Source: an uncultured Acidobacteriota bacterium
Lineage (GTDB): Bacteria; Acidobacteriota; Terriglobia; Acidiferrales; UBA7541
Direction: 5' to 3'
Assembly (NCBI GenBank): GCA_963797765.1
Contig: CAWCQU010000004.1
Location: forward strand, 444,094-508,093
DNA length: 64,000 nucleotides
Of the stretch, positions 48,464 to 57,992 are shown piece by piece. The translations under genes were made by a program, and so were the position numbers. The notes under the pieces are model-generated. The model searched no databases. It had not been told where the DNA came from and was given only the letters and a program-made list of their open reading frames with translations. Numbering within the stretch: position 1 is the first letter of the stretch; every line of letters starts with the position of its first letter.

Positions 48464-49540
48464 ATGAGCACTCTAGACGCAGTTCGCTCCGGGCCTTCCA
48501 TCGCCGCAACCGCCACGGCCGTCCCTCCTTACCTGATGTCGCGCGAGCAGGTGAAGACCTATTTTGAAAAAGCGTTCACGCTCGATCCACGGCGGCTGAA
48601 CGGCATTCATGCGGTGGTGGACAATTCGCAGATTGAAAATCGATTCAGCGTTTTCCCGCTGGATTATTTTATCGAGCAGCGGTCGCTGGCCCAGATCAGC
48701 CTGGAATATTCGGAGTGCGCGATCCGCCTAGGCCGCCAGGTGACGGAGGAGTGCCTGGAGCGCGCTGGTTTGAAAGCCACTGATATCGACATGTTTATCA
48801 CCGTCTCCTGCACCGGCGTGATGATTCCGTCGCTGGACGCGCACCTGATGAACCAGCTTGGATTCCGCTCCGACGTTCGCCGGTTGCCGATCACAGAATT
48901 GGGCTGCGCGGCGGGCGCCGCTGCGTTCACGCGCGCCTGGGAGTATTTGCGCGCTTATCCGGATCGCAATGTATTAATTGTGGCTGTAGAACTGCCAACC
49001 CTGACGTTTCAACGCGGCGATTTGTCGCAGGCAAACCTGGTTTCCTGCGCGCTGTTTGGAGATGGAGCGGGGGCGGCGATTGTGACCGGGCGGCCGACGG
49101 GCGGTCCGCAGATATTGGCTTCGGAAAGTTACCTGTTTCCGGATTCGATTGCGGCAATGGGATTCGATTTGCGGGATACGGGATTCCACATTGTGCTGTC
49201 GCGAGATGTGCCGCAATTAATCCGCAGCAAAATCAAGGGATTGGTAAACGGATTTCTGGAACAAAACGAGATTTCGCGCGAGCAGATTTCCGCGTTCATT
49301 CTCCACCCCGGCGGGCAAAAACTGCTGGCATACCTGGAAGAAGAATTGGGGCTTTGCCGCTGCGAGACACAGATTTCCTGGGATGTGTTGCGCGAGTACG
49401 GAAATTTATCGAGCGCGACGATTCTATTCGTGTTGCACGATTGGCTGACGAAAAAAACGATTGCCGCGGGGCAATTTGGCTTGATGGCGGCGTTTGGCCC
49501 CGGGTTCAGTTCGGAGATGCTGCTGCTGCAATGGAAATGA
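48464..49540 (+). CDS. type III polyketide synthase (chalcone/stilbene synthase family)
   Basis: Active-site Cys in VSCTGVMIPSLDA, GCAAGAAA, and the C-terminal HPGGQKLL...GFGPG. Confidence 0.9.
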   Translation: MSTLDAVRSGPSIAATATAVPPYLMSREQVKTYFEKAFTLDPRRLNGIHAVVDNSQIENRFSVFPLDYFIEQRSLAQISLEYSECAIRLGRQVTEECLERAGLKATDIDMFITVSCTGVMIPSLDAHLMNQLGFRSDVRRLPITELGCAAGAAAFTRAWEYLRAYPDRNVLIVAVELPTLTFQRGDLSQANLVSCALFGDGAGAAIVTGRPTGGPQILASESYLFPDSIAAMGFDLRDTGFHIVLSRDVPQLIRSKIKGLVNGFLEQNEISREQISAFILHPGGQKLLAYLEEELGLCRCETQISWDVLREYGNLSSATILFVLHDWLTKKTIAAGQFGLMAAFGPGFSSEMLLLQWK

Positions 49541-50142
49541 GCGCTGCTATTTACACCGCGTTTCTGGCACTGGTGGGCGTGGGACGGCTGATCGAGCTGC
49601 GCATTTCGCGGCGAAATCAGCAACGGCTGCTGGAACGCGGTGCGGAACGGGTGGTTGATCCGAATTTCCGGTGGATGGTGGCGCTGCACACAGGAATTCT
49701 GGTATGTGCGGCACTGGAAGTCTGGCTACTGCGCAGGCCGTTCATTCCGGCGCTGGCGGCGAGCATGGCGGTGCTTTTCGTAGCGGCGAACGCGGTGCGC
49801 TGGTGGGTGATTGCAACCCTGGCGGGCCATTGGAATGTGCAGGTGGTGTCGTCCACTCGATTGGGCGTGATTTCGAGTGGACCTTATCGCTGGGTGCGGC
49901 ATCCAAACTATGCGGCTGTTTTTGTGGAAATGATCGCGCTGCCAATGATTTATACGGCCTGGGTGACGGCTTTGTTGGGAGCGATTGCGCATTTATTTGT
50001 GCTGAGGGCGCGGCTGCGGGTGGAGGATGGGGCGCTGCTGGCCGATCCTGCGTATCGCGCCGCGATGGGCGACAAGCCGAGATTTTTCCCTAATTTCTTC
50101 GTGAGCGACAAAAAGGGCGCAGCCCTGCGAGGCTCAGGGTAG
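49531..50142 (+). CDS. ICMT/PEMT-family membrane methyltransferase (SrsB/BpsB-like), translationally coupled to the PKS
   Basis: GPYRWVRHPNY motif, multiple TM helices. Start overlaps the PKS stop (ATGGAAATGA). Confidence 0.8.
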   Translation: MEMSAAIYTAFLALVGVGRLIELRISRRNQQRLLERGAERVVDPNFRWMVALHTGILVCAALEVWLLRRPFIPALAASMAVLFVAANAVRWWVIATLAGHWNVQVVSSTRLGVISSGPYRWVRHPNYAAVFVEMIALPMIYTAWVTALLGAIAHLFVLRARLRVEDGALLADPAYRAAMGDKPRFFPNFFVSDKKGAALRGSG

Positions 50143-50205
50143 AAAGAAAAGGGCGCGGCTCCCCGATAAAATTCATCGGGGGCAGGAAAGCCGGCCCCTA
50201 CATAC
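50115..50205. repeat. Composite repeat: R3 module (GGGCGCAGCCCTGCGAGGCTCAGGGTAGA), then REP-like hairpin copy F (CCCCGATaaaattcATCGGGGG-CAGGAA), then the AAGCCGGCCCCTACATA module
   Basis: Joins in one place the modules that occur separately at 33455-33505, 39624-39670, 17927-17986 and 18087-18105. Confidence 0.5.
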
Positions 50206-50255
50206 AGACGAGGCGGGCAGAAGGTGATGGGCGCATCCAAGCGCGGAGTGAATCA

Positions 50256-51560
50256 ATGACGGACGTGCTCATTGCCGGAGGCGGGATCGCGGGTTCAGCG
50301 CTGGCCATCCTGCTTGGCCGGCAGGGATTATCGGTGGAACTGTTCGAGCGCGGAAGTTTTCCGAAAGAAAAACCATGCGGGGAAGGCTTGATGCCTGGCG
50401 GCATTGCCGTGCTGCAACGGCTGAGGCTGGCACAGGCCGTGGGTGGGACCCCTTTTTTCGGAGTTCGATATCACTCCGGAGAGCGGACGGCGGAAGGACG
50501 ATTCCCGAAAGTTGAGGGGTATCCCACGTTCGGACGCGGACAGCGCCGCAAAATTCTGGACGAAACACTTTTCAGCGCGGCGGCAGAGACCGACGGAGTC
50601 TCGGCGCATACGGGGACGCAGGTGACTTCGCTGCTGTGGGAAAATGGACGCGTGGCGGGAGTGGAGGTGGATGGCGAGCCGCATCGCGCCGCCCTGGTGG
50701 TGGCAGCAGACGGTGTGCATTCGAAACTGCGACACCTGGCGGGACTTGAAACGTCGTCGAAGCGCAAACGAGTGGCAGTGTGCACGCACTTCCGTCTGGC
50801 AGAAGGACAGGAACCGGCACCGTGGGTGGATATATTCCTGGGGGACAGGCACGAGCTGTATGTTACGCCACTGCCGAAGCGCGAAATTCTGGTGGCCGCG
50901 CTGGCAGATGCCCGATCGCTGAAAGAGCATCAGGCGGATGGCGTGGCCGCATCAATCGATCAAATTTTTCGCGGATGGTGGCAGGCGCAGCCCTCGCTGG
51001 CGAGACGACTGGAAGGCGCGGAACAGATTTCGGCGCTTCTCACTACATCGCCACTTGCCGGGGAAGCACGCGCTGCCGTGGCTCCGGGAATTGTGTTGCT
51101 GGGAGATGCCGCCGGCTTCACCGATCCAATCACCGGCGGCGGAATGACGCAGGCGCTGATGACCAGCGAGTTGCTGGCGCAAATGATTGTGCGGGGCTTG
51201 GCGGAGGACCGGGAGTGGCTTTCGGATGATTCTTGGATGGCGGCGTTTGATCGGCGGCGGCGGGCGATGCTGCGCGATTACCAGATTGTGACGCGGATGG
51301 TTTTGTGGCTGGCGGATCATCCGCGAATCGCGGCCCGCGCTTTCTCCGCGGTTCGTTCATGGCCCACGTTTCTCTCGCATTTAATCGGTGTGACCAGTGG
51401 TGCGCGCGGTTTACTGGGCGGGAGGGTTCGCGCACCCGCGCGCTTGCCCGTGGTGACGTTTACTAAAAGCTCTTTGTCCAAAAAGAAAGGCTCGGCTCCG
51501 TGGATCCCCGAAATCGGAGGACGTAGCATCCCTTCAGTCCGCGCGGATCATGCCGACTGA
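50256..51560 (+). CDS. FAD-dependent oxidoreductase (geranylgeranyl reductase / flavoprotein hydroxylase family; SrsC-like)
   Basis: N-terminal GGGIAGSA Rossmann motif, GD..G FAD motif (LLGDAAGFTDPITGGG). The C-terminal ~45 aa are low-complexity and overlap the next gene. Confidence 0.8.
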   Translation: MTDVLIAGGGIAGSALAILLGRQGLSVELFERGSFPKEKPCGEGLMPGGIAVLQRLRLAQAVGGTPFFGVRYHSGERTAEGRFPKVEGYPTFGRGQRRKILDETLFSAAAETDGVSAHTGTQVTSLLWENGRVAGVEVDGEPHRAALVVAADGVHSKLRHLAGLETSSKRKRVAVCTHFRLAEGQEPAPWVDIFLGDRHELYVTPLPKREILVAALADARSLKEHQADGVAASIDQIFRGWWQAQPSLARRLEGAEQISALLTTSPLAGEARAAVAPGIVLLGDAAGFTDPITGGGMTQALMTSELLAQMIVRGLAEDREWLSDDSWMAAFDRRRRAMLRDYQIVTRMVLWLADHPRIAARAFSAVRSWPTFLSHLIGVTSGARGLLGGRVRAPARLPVVTFTKSSLSKKKGSAPWIPEIGGRSIPSVRADHAD

Positions 51561-52443
51561 CAAGGTTCACAAGAAAAAATCGATGCGAAAGTTTTTTTAT
51601 AAGGCGATAGCTGTGTTCCTGCTTGCGTCCGTGCACGCGAGCGGAGTGGCAGCGGGATCGGAGGCGCTGCAGCCGCAGGCGCTGCTCGAGCAAGGCTATC
51701 ACGCCATGTACGAGCTGAAGTTCGATGCAGCGCGGCGGACATTTTCCGAATACATGGCCGCGCATCCTGAAGATCCGCTGGGCGATGCGTCGCTGGCGGC
51801 CAGTTACCTGTTTGAAGAATTCAACAGCAAGGGCGTGTTCACTTCGGAATTTTTCCTGGATGACAAGAAACTTCTGGGAGGCGTGGAGGGCCCGCCGGAT
51901 GAAGCGCGGCGCACGGGATTCTTCGCCGCTAATGGCCGGGCGCGCGAAAGGGCTCAACAAATCCTGAAGTCGAATTCACGCGATGCCAATGCATTGTTCG
52001 CTTTGACGATTGCCGACGGCATGGAATCGGACTATGACGCCCTGATTGCCAAGCACCAGCTTGCCAGCTTGAAATTGATGCGCCAGGCGGACGCGAGCGC
52101 GACGCTGTTGCTGGCGATCGATCCCAGCGCGCAGGATGCCAACGTGGCGCTGGGAGCCGCTACCTACGTGATCGGCTGCATGCCCAGTTACAAACGCGCG
52201 TTTCTTTGGATGGGCGGAGTACACGGAGACCGCGAGCGTGGGATGAGCCTGATGGAGCAGGCGGCGCTGCACGGGCATTACTTGCAGCCGTTTGCGAAAG
52301 CGATGCTGGCGCTGGCTTCGTTGCGCGAAAAACAGCCGGAGCGGGCGCGATCGCTGTTTGCGGGACTGGTGCAGGAATTTCCAGAGAATACCGTGTTTGT
52401 ACGCGAACTGGCGCTGGCCGAAAAAAGAGTTGCCCGGCAATAG
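51550..52443 (+). CDS. secreted helical-repeat (TPR-like) hypothetical protein
   Basis: Signal peptide (MRKFFYKAIAVFLLASVHASG from 51583), helical composition. Confidence 0.5.
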   Translation: MPTDKVHKKKSMRKFFYKAIAVFLLASVHASGVAAGSEALQPQALLEQGYHAMYELKFDAARRTFSEYMAAHPEDPLGDASLAASYLFEEFNSKGVFTSEFFLDDKKLLGGVEGPPDEARRTGFFAANGRARERAQQILKSNSRDANALFALTIADGMESDYDALIAKHQLASLKLMRQADASATLLLAIDPSAQDANVALGAATYVIGCMPSYKRAFLWMGGVHGDRERGMSLMEQAALHGHYLQPFAKAMLALASLREKQPERARSLFAGLVQEFPENTVFVRELALAEKRVARQ

Positions 52444-52482
52444 AGACCTGACGCAGGATTCTGGTCCCAGGAGAGTGTTGCC

Positions 52483-53473
52483 ATGATGCTGCGCAAGGTG
52501 GCTGTGGTTCTTGTGTTTGCGTTTTGTGTCGGCTTGATTCCCACGCATTGGATTTGCGCAGGATGCCGCTGCGCCTGCCCCGTTGCCATTCACTTTGCAT
52601 GAAGTGGGTAGCGGAGTGTGGGCGGCGATTGCGCTGCCACAGGGGAAAGCGGGATCGAATGCCGGATTTGTGATTGGAAGCGACAGCGTGGCAGTGGTGG
52701 ATACGTTTGTGACGGCAGATGCGGCGAAGGCCCTGCTGGCTGAGATTCGCAAGAAGACGAATTTGCCGATCCGGTTCGTGGTGAACACGCACTACCATTT
52801 GGACCATACCGCGGGGAACGGCGTTTTTGCGGAAGCGGGAGCGATGATCGTTGCGCAACGAAACGTGGCGCCGTGGCTGCGGACTGAAAATTTGAAATTT
52901 TTTGGTCCGAATCCGAAGCCGGAACAGAAAGCCATGGTGGAATCGCTGGCGCTGCCGCAGATTGTTTACGACCGTGGCGTTGATTTGTTTTTGGGGACAC
53001 GGCGGATTTCCGTGCGATTCCAGCCGGGCCATACAGGCGGAGATTCGGTGGTGGTGATTCCGGATGCGAGCGTGGTGTTCTGCGGCGATTTATTCTGGAA
53101 GCACACTTTGCCGAATTTGATCGATGCGACGACTTCGGATTGGATTGGGACGCTTGACCGGATCACCAAGACCGAGCAGACGGCGACATTTATTCCCGGG
53201 CATGGAGAAATCGGGAAGGTGGCGGATGTGGAACAATTTCGCGATTACCTGACGGCGCTGCGGAAGGCGGTGGGCAATGCGCAGGCCTCCGGAAAATCCG
53301 GGGACGCGATGGTGGAGACAGTGCTCCCGGTGATGAAGGAAAAGTATGGGGACTGGAATTTTTTCGATCATTTCTCGAAGCCGAATATCGCGCAGACTGC
53401 AGCGGAATTGAAGGGTGAGAAGAAAGTTCCGGTTGCCGCGGAGAAGTGGTTCACGTTTGATGGGCCGAATTGA
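52483..53473 (+). CDS. MBL-fold metallo-hydrolase (secreted). The signal peptide frame (ATG 52483) is shifted relative to the mature domain (TTG 52583) near 52553-52562.
   Basis: HYHLDHTAGN motif. Frame 1: MMLRKVAVVLVFAFCVGLIPTHWICA.... Frame 2: ...IGFAQDAAAPAPLPFTLHEVGSG.... A single base restores ...HWICAQDAAAPAPLPFTLHEV.... Confidence 0.7.
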
Positions 53474-53562
53474 GGCGGGGGTAGCACAGGCACTCTTGCC
53501 TGTGTAATTGAACACGCGGACAGTAAAACCACACAGCCAGGAGTGGCCGTGCTACTTGAAAA

Positions 53563-53594
53563 GGGCGGAGAGCGATCTCCGCCCCTTTTTTATT
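53563..53594. terminator. Bidirectional rho-independent terminator GGGCGGAGAgcgaTCTCCGCCC then TTTTTTATT, preceded by an AAAA run. Two more hairpins lie upstream (53485-53504, 53531-53552).
   Basis: 9-bp GC stem, T6 run. Lies between convergent genes. Confidence 0.75.
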
Positions 53595-53613
53595 GAGTGC
53601 GAACGAACGCGGC

Positions 53614-55116
53614 TTACCAGTGGACACGCACGCGATACGTTAGAGTTGAGGTGCCGTCTTTTTCGACTGGCACGTTGAAACCCAGCGCGAAGGCATCCAG
53701 CTTGATCCATTTGTAATTCGAGCTCAACACTTCCCAATCGCCGCCGATTGGTTCCTTCACTTCCACTGTCACGGGCGTGGTCTTGTGATTGCGAATGGTG
53801 ATTTGATATTCCATTTCGGAGACGCGGTCGCTGATGCGGCGGTAGTCCATTTGCTTGCGTTCGGAGACGATATCGAACGCGTTGCCGATGTGGAGATCGA
53901 GTTTTTCGTCCTTGGGAGTGTGGGTGATATTGGATTCGCCGACGAATTGCAGGCTGCCTTTTGAATCGGCCTGATAGACGCGTACGGTGCCGGCGGGAAG
54001 GGGCATGCCGAGCCCGGATTTTTCTTCGTTCTTGAAGCGGTAGTAAACCTGAACCGGTTCCTTGATGGGCGCGCCGATGGATTGGGAGTTGCGGAAGTAA
54101 TACTGCTGACCTTCGACCACGAATGCTTTTTCAACCGGGATTCCGGTGCCGTTCAACAGGCTGATTTGCTTTGACTCGCTGTTGCGGATGGATGTACGCC
54201 GCTGCAGGGAATAGAGATGATATTCGGAAAAAGATTCCTGCGCGAAAGCCTCTTCCTTGGACACCATCACCTTATCCATCATTCTGCCGTTCATGGGCGC
54301 GGCTTGAGGCGATGGAACTCGATTGACTTCCCCGGCGACCAGTTGCAATTTTGCGTTCTTGAATGCGGCGCCGCTGTTGTTGATAAGGGTGACCCAGCCG
54401 TCGATGTCAGCGGATTTTTCGTCGCGAGTGACTGTGAGAACGTAATCGGCGTTCCAATTCATTCCCGCGGTTAGATAGGAAGCCTCGACGCGCTGGGCTT
54501 GCGAGCCTTTGTTATCGAGAGACCAGACCAGAGTGGGTACGCTGTAGAGATTTTCCGGTAGTTCCGGGAAGCTATATCCATTCGTGGAAACTCCGGTGAC
54601 GATCTGGTTGCCGATTTTCCACACGGGGCCGTTATTATCGGCGAGCAGAGTGGCCTTCACTTCCTCCCACGTGACATCTTTCCCGGAGTAGACCGGCCTG
54701 GTTAAAGTGACCTCGCGGCCCACGTATTTCTGGAGCAGCTTTTGCGGATCGAGCAGGTCGTATTCGTAATTCTGTTCGAGCACGCCAAGTTTATCCGGCT
54801 CGGTGAGAGAACGGATGTGCACGGTGGCGGGATTGATGGCCGCGGCGACGTCTTCAAATCGCAGTGGGAATAAGCCGGCAGGCAAATTGAGCTGGCGGGT
54901 ATCGCGGATGAGGGCCAGGTTTGAGTTGTAGACCGTGACAGCCAGATCGATCTGATCTTTTTGAGTTGTGGCGGCGATGCCGTCCGGACTCTCCGCGGGG
55001 GCGGCATGAGCTTTCGCCAATAGATGACTGGCGAAAGGCGCGATCGTCAAAATCAAGGCCACCGCCGCAAGCAACAACGCTCTTTTCCACGTTTTGTCCA
55101 TCCATGCGTTTCGCAT
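53614..55116 (-). CDS. DUF4139 (with N-terminal DUF4140-like) domain protein, secreted
   Basis: Signal peptide LLLAAVALILTIAPFASHLLAKAHA and the DUF4139 family layout. Last gene of the sigma/anti-sigma operon. Confidence 0.7.
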   Translation of the reverse strand: MRNAWMDKTWKRALLLAAVALILTIAPFASHLLAKAHAAPAESPDGIAATTQKDQIDLAVTVYNSNLALIRDTRQLNLPAGLFPLRFEDVAAAINPATVHIRSLTEPDKLGVLEQNYEYDLLDPQKLLQKYVGREVTLTRPVYSGKDVTWEEVKATLLADNNGPVWKIGNQIVTGVSTNGYSFPELPENLYSVPTLVWSLDNKGSQAQRVEASYLTAGMNWNADYVLTVTRDEKSADIDGWVTLINNSGAAFKNAKLQLVAGEVNRVPSPQAAPMNGRMMDKVMVSKEEAFAQESFSEYHLYSLQRRTSIRNSESKQISLLNGTGIPVEKAFVVEGQQYYFRNSQSIGAPIKEPVQVYYRFKNEEKSGLGMPLPAGTVRVYQADSKGSLQFVGESNITHTPKDEKLDLHIGNAFDIVSERKQMDYRRISDRVSEMEYQITIRNHKTTPVTVEVKEPIGGDWEVLSSNYKWIKLDAFALGFNVPVEKDGTSTLTYRVRVHW

Positions 55117-55320
55117 TGTTTTTCCTCTCGCGATGCAATTGTGTTGCTCTTCCCATGTTAGAACGAAGCTGGTTCATTTTCTTGCAGGTGATTTGTTGAG
55201 ATGAGATCGCCATTCTCCTGAATAGCGTTTTGTCCGGCGCCAATCGGGAGATTGGCGTTCCCGGAAAACCGGCGCGTGCAGGATTATGGCGGAGGTTGTA
55301 ATGGCTTTGAAAATTGTGAG

Positions 55321-56679
55321 TTACTTCGGTTGCCAGGTTTTGCCGCCATCTTTCGTGGAATACATACTCCCGTCGGATACGGTTACGTCAGCATGTTTGG
55401 CGTCCTTGGCCATCACGTTCACCAAATCCATGCTTGTGGGCGCGGAGAGAGTCTTCCATTTGGCGCCATCCGTCGTAAGCATCACAAGGCCCGCATGGCC
55501 CACCACCCAACAGATGCTTGTGGAAGGGGCTTGGGCAGCGGTAAAGACCCGCTTCGCATCCACAAACTGTTCCTGCCAATTCCGGCCCGCGTCCTTGGAT
55601 ATTTCGATTCGTCCTTGACCGGAGATGCGCCACATCACCTTGAGGTCGGGAGAATACACGATAAGTTGAATTGCGCGAGAGTCCGCGGAGGCGCGGCTTC
55701 CCTCGACCGTTGGGGCTTGCGATGTGGATTGCGGGAGCCGGCCGGCGAACACACCTTGCCTGGCGGTCTTCTGCGCTTCCGATTCCCTTGCGACCGGTGC
55801 ATTTGTGCTGTCCGCGGATTTCAGATTATTTCCGTTTGTCATCGCAGCGATTGCGGCTGGCGGGGGCGGTTGCGGCGCGGTCATGGGCGGAGGCGGTGCA
55901 GGCGCGGGCACAGGCGCGCTGGATGCTCCGCGCGCGACGGGCGCTGCGGGCGCCGCGGACGATTCAAGCGTGGCCATGCTTGTGGCTTGCTGCGCACTGG
56001 CGGACGGCGCCCCGGATGTGTGCTGCTTTTCCTCGTCGCGACGTTTGGCGAACATCGCGCCGCCGGCTGTGCCGCGAGTGCTTTCTGATTCACCTCCGAC
56101 GGAAGCGGAATTCGAGAAAGCAGACTTCGGTTTGGCGGTAGGCTCTTTTTCTCGCGCTTCATTCTTGGAAAGAAGCGGAACGGATGTGCGATCGAGTTTC
56201 TTCTGCGGCGCGGATGCGCCGGGCGCAAGTTGCAACAACTGGTCGGTGCTTCTTCCGTTCAGCGGCAGCGATTTCGAGTCCTTGAGCGGCGCATCCTGAA
56301 ATTGCGCGACTTCCGTTGCCGCCGGTTTTTCTTTCGCCGTCTTTAGCGACGGCCGCGCAATCAAAATTACGAACACTGCCGCGGCCACGGCCAACGGCGT
56401 CACCCAAAGGGAAACCAAGCGCCAGTTCCAAACTCTGGCTTTCGTTTTATCCTGAGGCGGCTCGGCGCGAACCATCACCGCAAGGTATTGCTGGCACTGC
56501 GCACAATTTGCGAAATGTTGTTCGACGCGCGTTGTCTCGGAATCGTTCAAGGACCGGTCGTAGTATGCGGCGAGAAGATCCGGATCAGGGCAGCTCTCCT
56601 GCCTTGCATCCGATGCGGGCACAATTGATTTCCGGAGCAGCCCGGTGAGCGTCTTCTCTACTTTGTGTTGCTCTGGCAT
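55321..56679 (-). CDS. anti-sigma factor (zf-HC2) with TM, a long disordered Pro/Ala/Ser-rich periplasmic linker and a C-terminal BNR/Asp-box beta-propeller-like domain
   Basis: HFANCAQCQQ; TM LWVTPLAVAAAVFVILIA; BNR-like SKDAGRNWQ, TTDGAKWKT, TKDGGKTWQ. Confidence 0.7.
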   Translation of the reverse strand: MPEQHKVEKTLTGLLRKSIVPASDARQESCPDPDLLAAYYDRSLNDSETTRVEQHFANCAQCQQYLAVMVRAEPPQDKTKARVWNWRLVSLWVTPLAVAAAVFVILIARPSLKTAKEKPAATEVAQFQDAPLKDSKSLPLNGRSTDQLLQLAPGASAPQKKLDRTSVPLLSKNEAREKEPTAKPKSAFSNSASVGGESESTRGTAGGAMFAKRRDEEKQHTSGAPSASAQQATSMATLESSAAPAAPVARGASSAPVPAPAPPPPMTAPQPPPPAAIAAMTNGNNLKSADSTNAPVARESEAQKTARQGVFAGRLPQSTSQAPTVEGSRASADSRAIQLIVYSPDLKVMWRISGQGRIEISKDAGRNWQEQFVDAKRVFTAAQAPSTSICWVVGHAGLVMLTTDGAKWKTLSAPTSMDLVNVMAKDAKHADVTVSDGSMYSTKDGGKTWQPK

Positions 56680-56734
56680 CCATGCTCCTTCTCTTAGAAC
56701 GCTGCGCGCGGCGTTTCTTGCATCGCCGGCCGCG

Positions 56735-57715
56735 TCATTCTCCGCTGGAAAGAACTTTCGCCAAATCGAACGGCCATTCTTCCTTGGCGTATTCGTAACA
56801 GAGCTTCACTTGCGCATCGCTTAAGCGTTTTTTGACGCGCAGCGCCTGGTCGACCTGCGCGCGCAGATCACGCCGCAAGCGGTCGAGTCTGCGCGAGACA
56901 GTCGCTTCGTGCTCGCCCAGCAGGCGCCCGATTTCGGCCAGCGTCAGTTCCTGAATGTAATAGCACGAAAGCCGCAAGCGATCCCCCGCGTCGAGGGCGG
57001 CGAGAGCTGAAGACAGCTCCGCCTGCAAGATGGCCAGATATTTTGCGCGTTCCGAATCCGGCGCTTCGAACGTTGCAGGGTCGGGCAATTCGCGCGGGGG
57101 ATCGCCTTCCGCGCTTTCGTCCAGGGAATCCGTGCGCCGAGTGCGGCGCAGTTCGTCCACGTGACGCTGCGCCAGAACCGCGCGCAGCCACGTGGTCAGC
57201 TTGCTGCGCCCGTAAAAATAATCGAACAGAGAGCGCCGCTGCCCATCGCGTTCCGCCAAGCCGTACAATTGCGCATAGAGAGAATCGGCCAGTTCGCGGC
57301 CTTGCGAATCGCCCGCGATGGCGCGCGCCGCCCGGTAGAGTTCCGGCCTGTATTCTTTCATGAAGTGTTCCCATGCCAATTCATTACCATCGCTGCAGGC
57401 GCAAGCCAGCGCCAGATCGTGCAAGCGTAGCGAATCGAAATAGGCGGCCAGCGACCCTGGCGCCGCTCCTTCGCCACAAAACCGCTGTGACTTCGCAGCG
57501 CTGCGCTCGAGGGCCAGCCCAAATCGCTCGACCGTTAGTCCCCACTCCGAAGGCACAGCCGCTTTGGCATAAAAAGTTTTGACGAGTGCAGAAGGAAGAT
57601 GCGGCGGCTCACTTTCCGGCACTTCTGGGGGCACTCCTGTACGCACTTCGCCGTCAAGCCCGCCCCGGCGGGCTGTACCAGTTCGATCGGACTGGAGAGG
57701 TCGGTAGTTGAGCAT
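56735..57715 (-). CDS. ECF sigma factor with an N-terminal extension of about 100 aa
   Basis: Region 2 (ELAWEHFMKEYRPELYRAARAIAGD...LFDYFYGRSKLTTWLRAVLAQRHVDELRR) and region 4 (LSCYYIQELTLAEIGRLLGEHEATVSRRLDRLRRDL). Confidence 0.8.
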   Translation of the reverse strand: MLNYRPLQSDRTGTARRGGLDGEVRTGVPPEVPESEPPHLPSALVKTFYAKAAVPSEWGLTVERFGLALERSAAKSQRFCGEGAAPGSLAAYFDSLRLHDLALACACSDGNELAWEHFMKEYRPELYRAARAIAGDSQGRELADSLYAQLYGLAERDGQRRSLFDYFYGRSKLTTWLRAVLAQRHVDELRRTRRTDSLDESAEGDPPRELPDPATFEAPDSERAKYLAILQAELSSALAALDAGDRLRLSCYYIQELTLAEIGRLLGEHEATVSRRLDRLRRDLRAQVDQALRVKKRLSDAQVKLCYEYAKEEWPFDLAKVLSSGE

Positions 57716-57992
57716 TGCCAGAGCCGGCGCCGTGAATGCGGCCCTTTCTAGAATGATACCCGAATCCGAGGCTCGAGTTGCTTAACAGGTTGGGCGAATT
57801 GTTCCGATGATTCCTTCGAACTCTTTTGAAACGTGGAACGCCCAACCCGCATCTGCTACTTTGACAAGCTGGTCGTACAAACCTATGATTGACGCGCACT
57901 CGTGATCGGAGTCAGGCCAGTGATTTCCCGGCTACGTTCAACCCGAAATACTCCTTCAACATTCCGCATAATTTTATTTGGGAGGCCATTGT

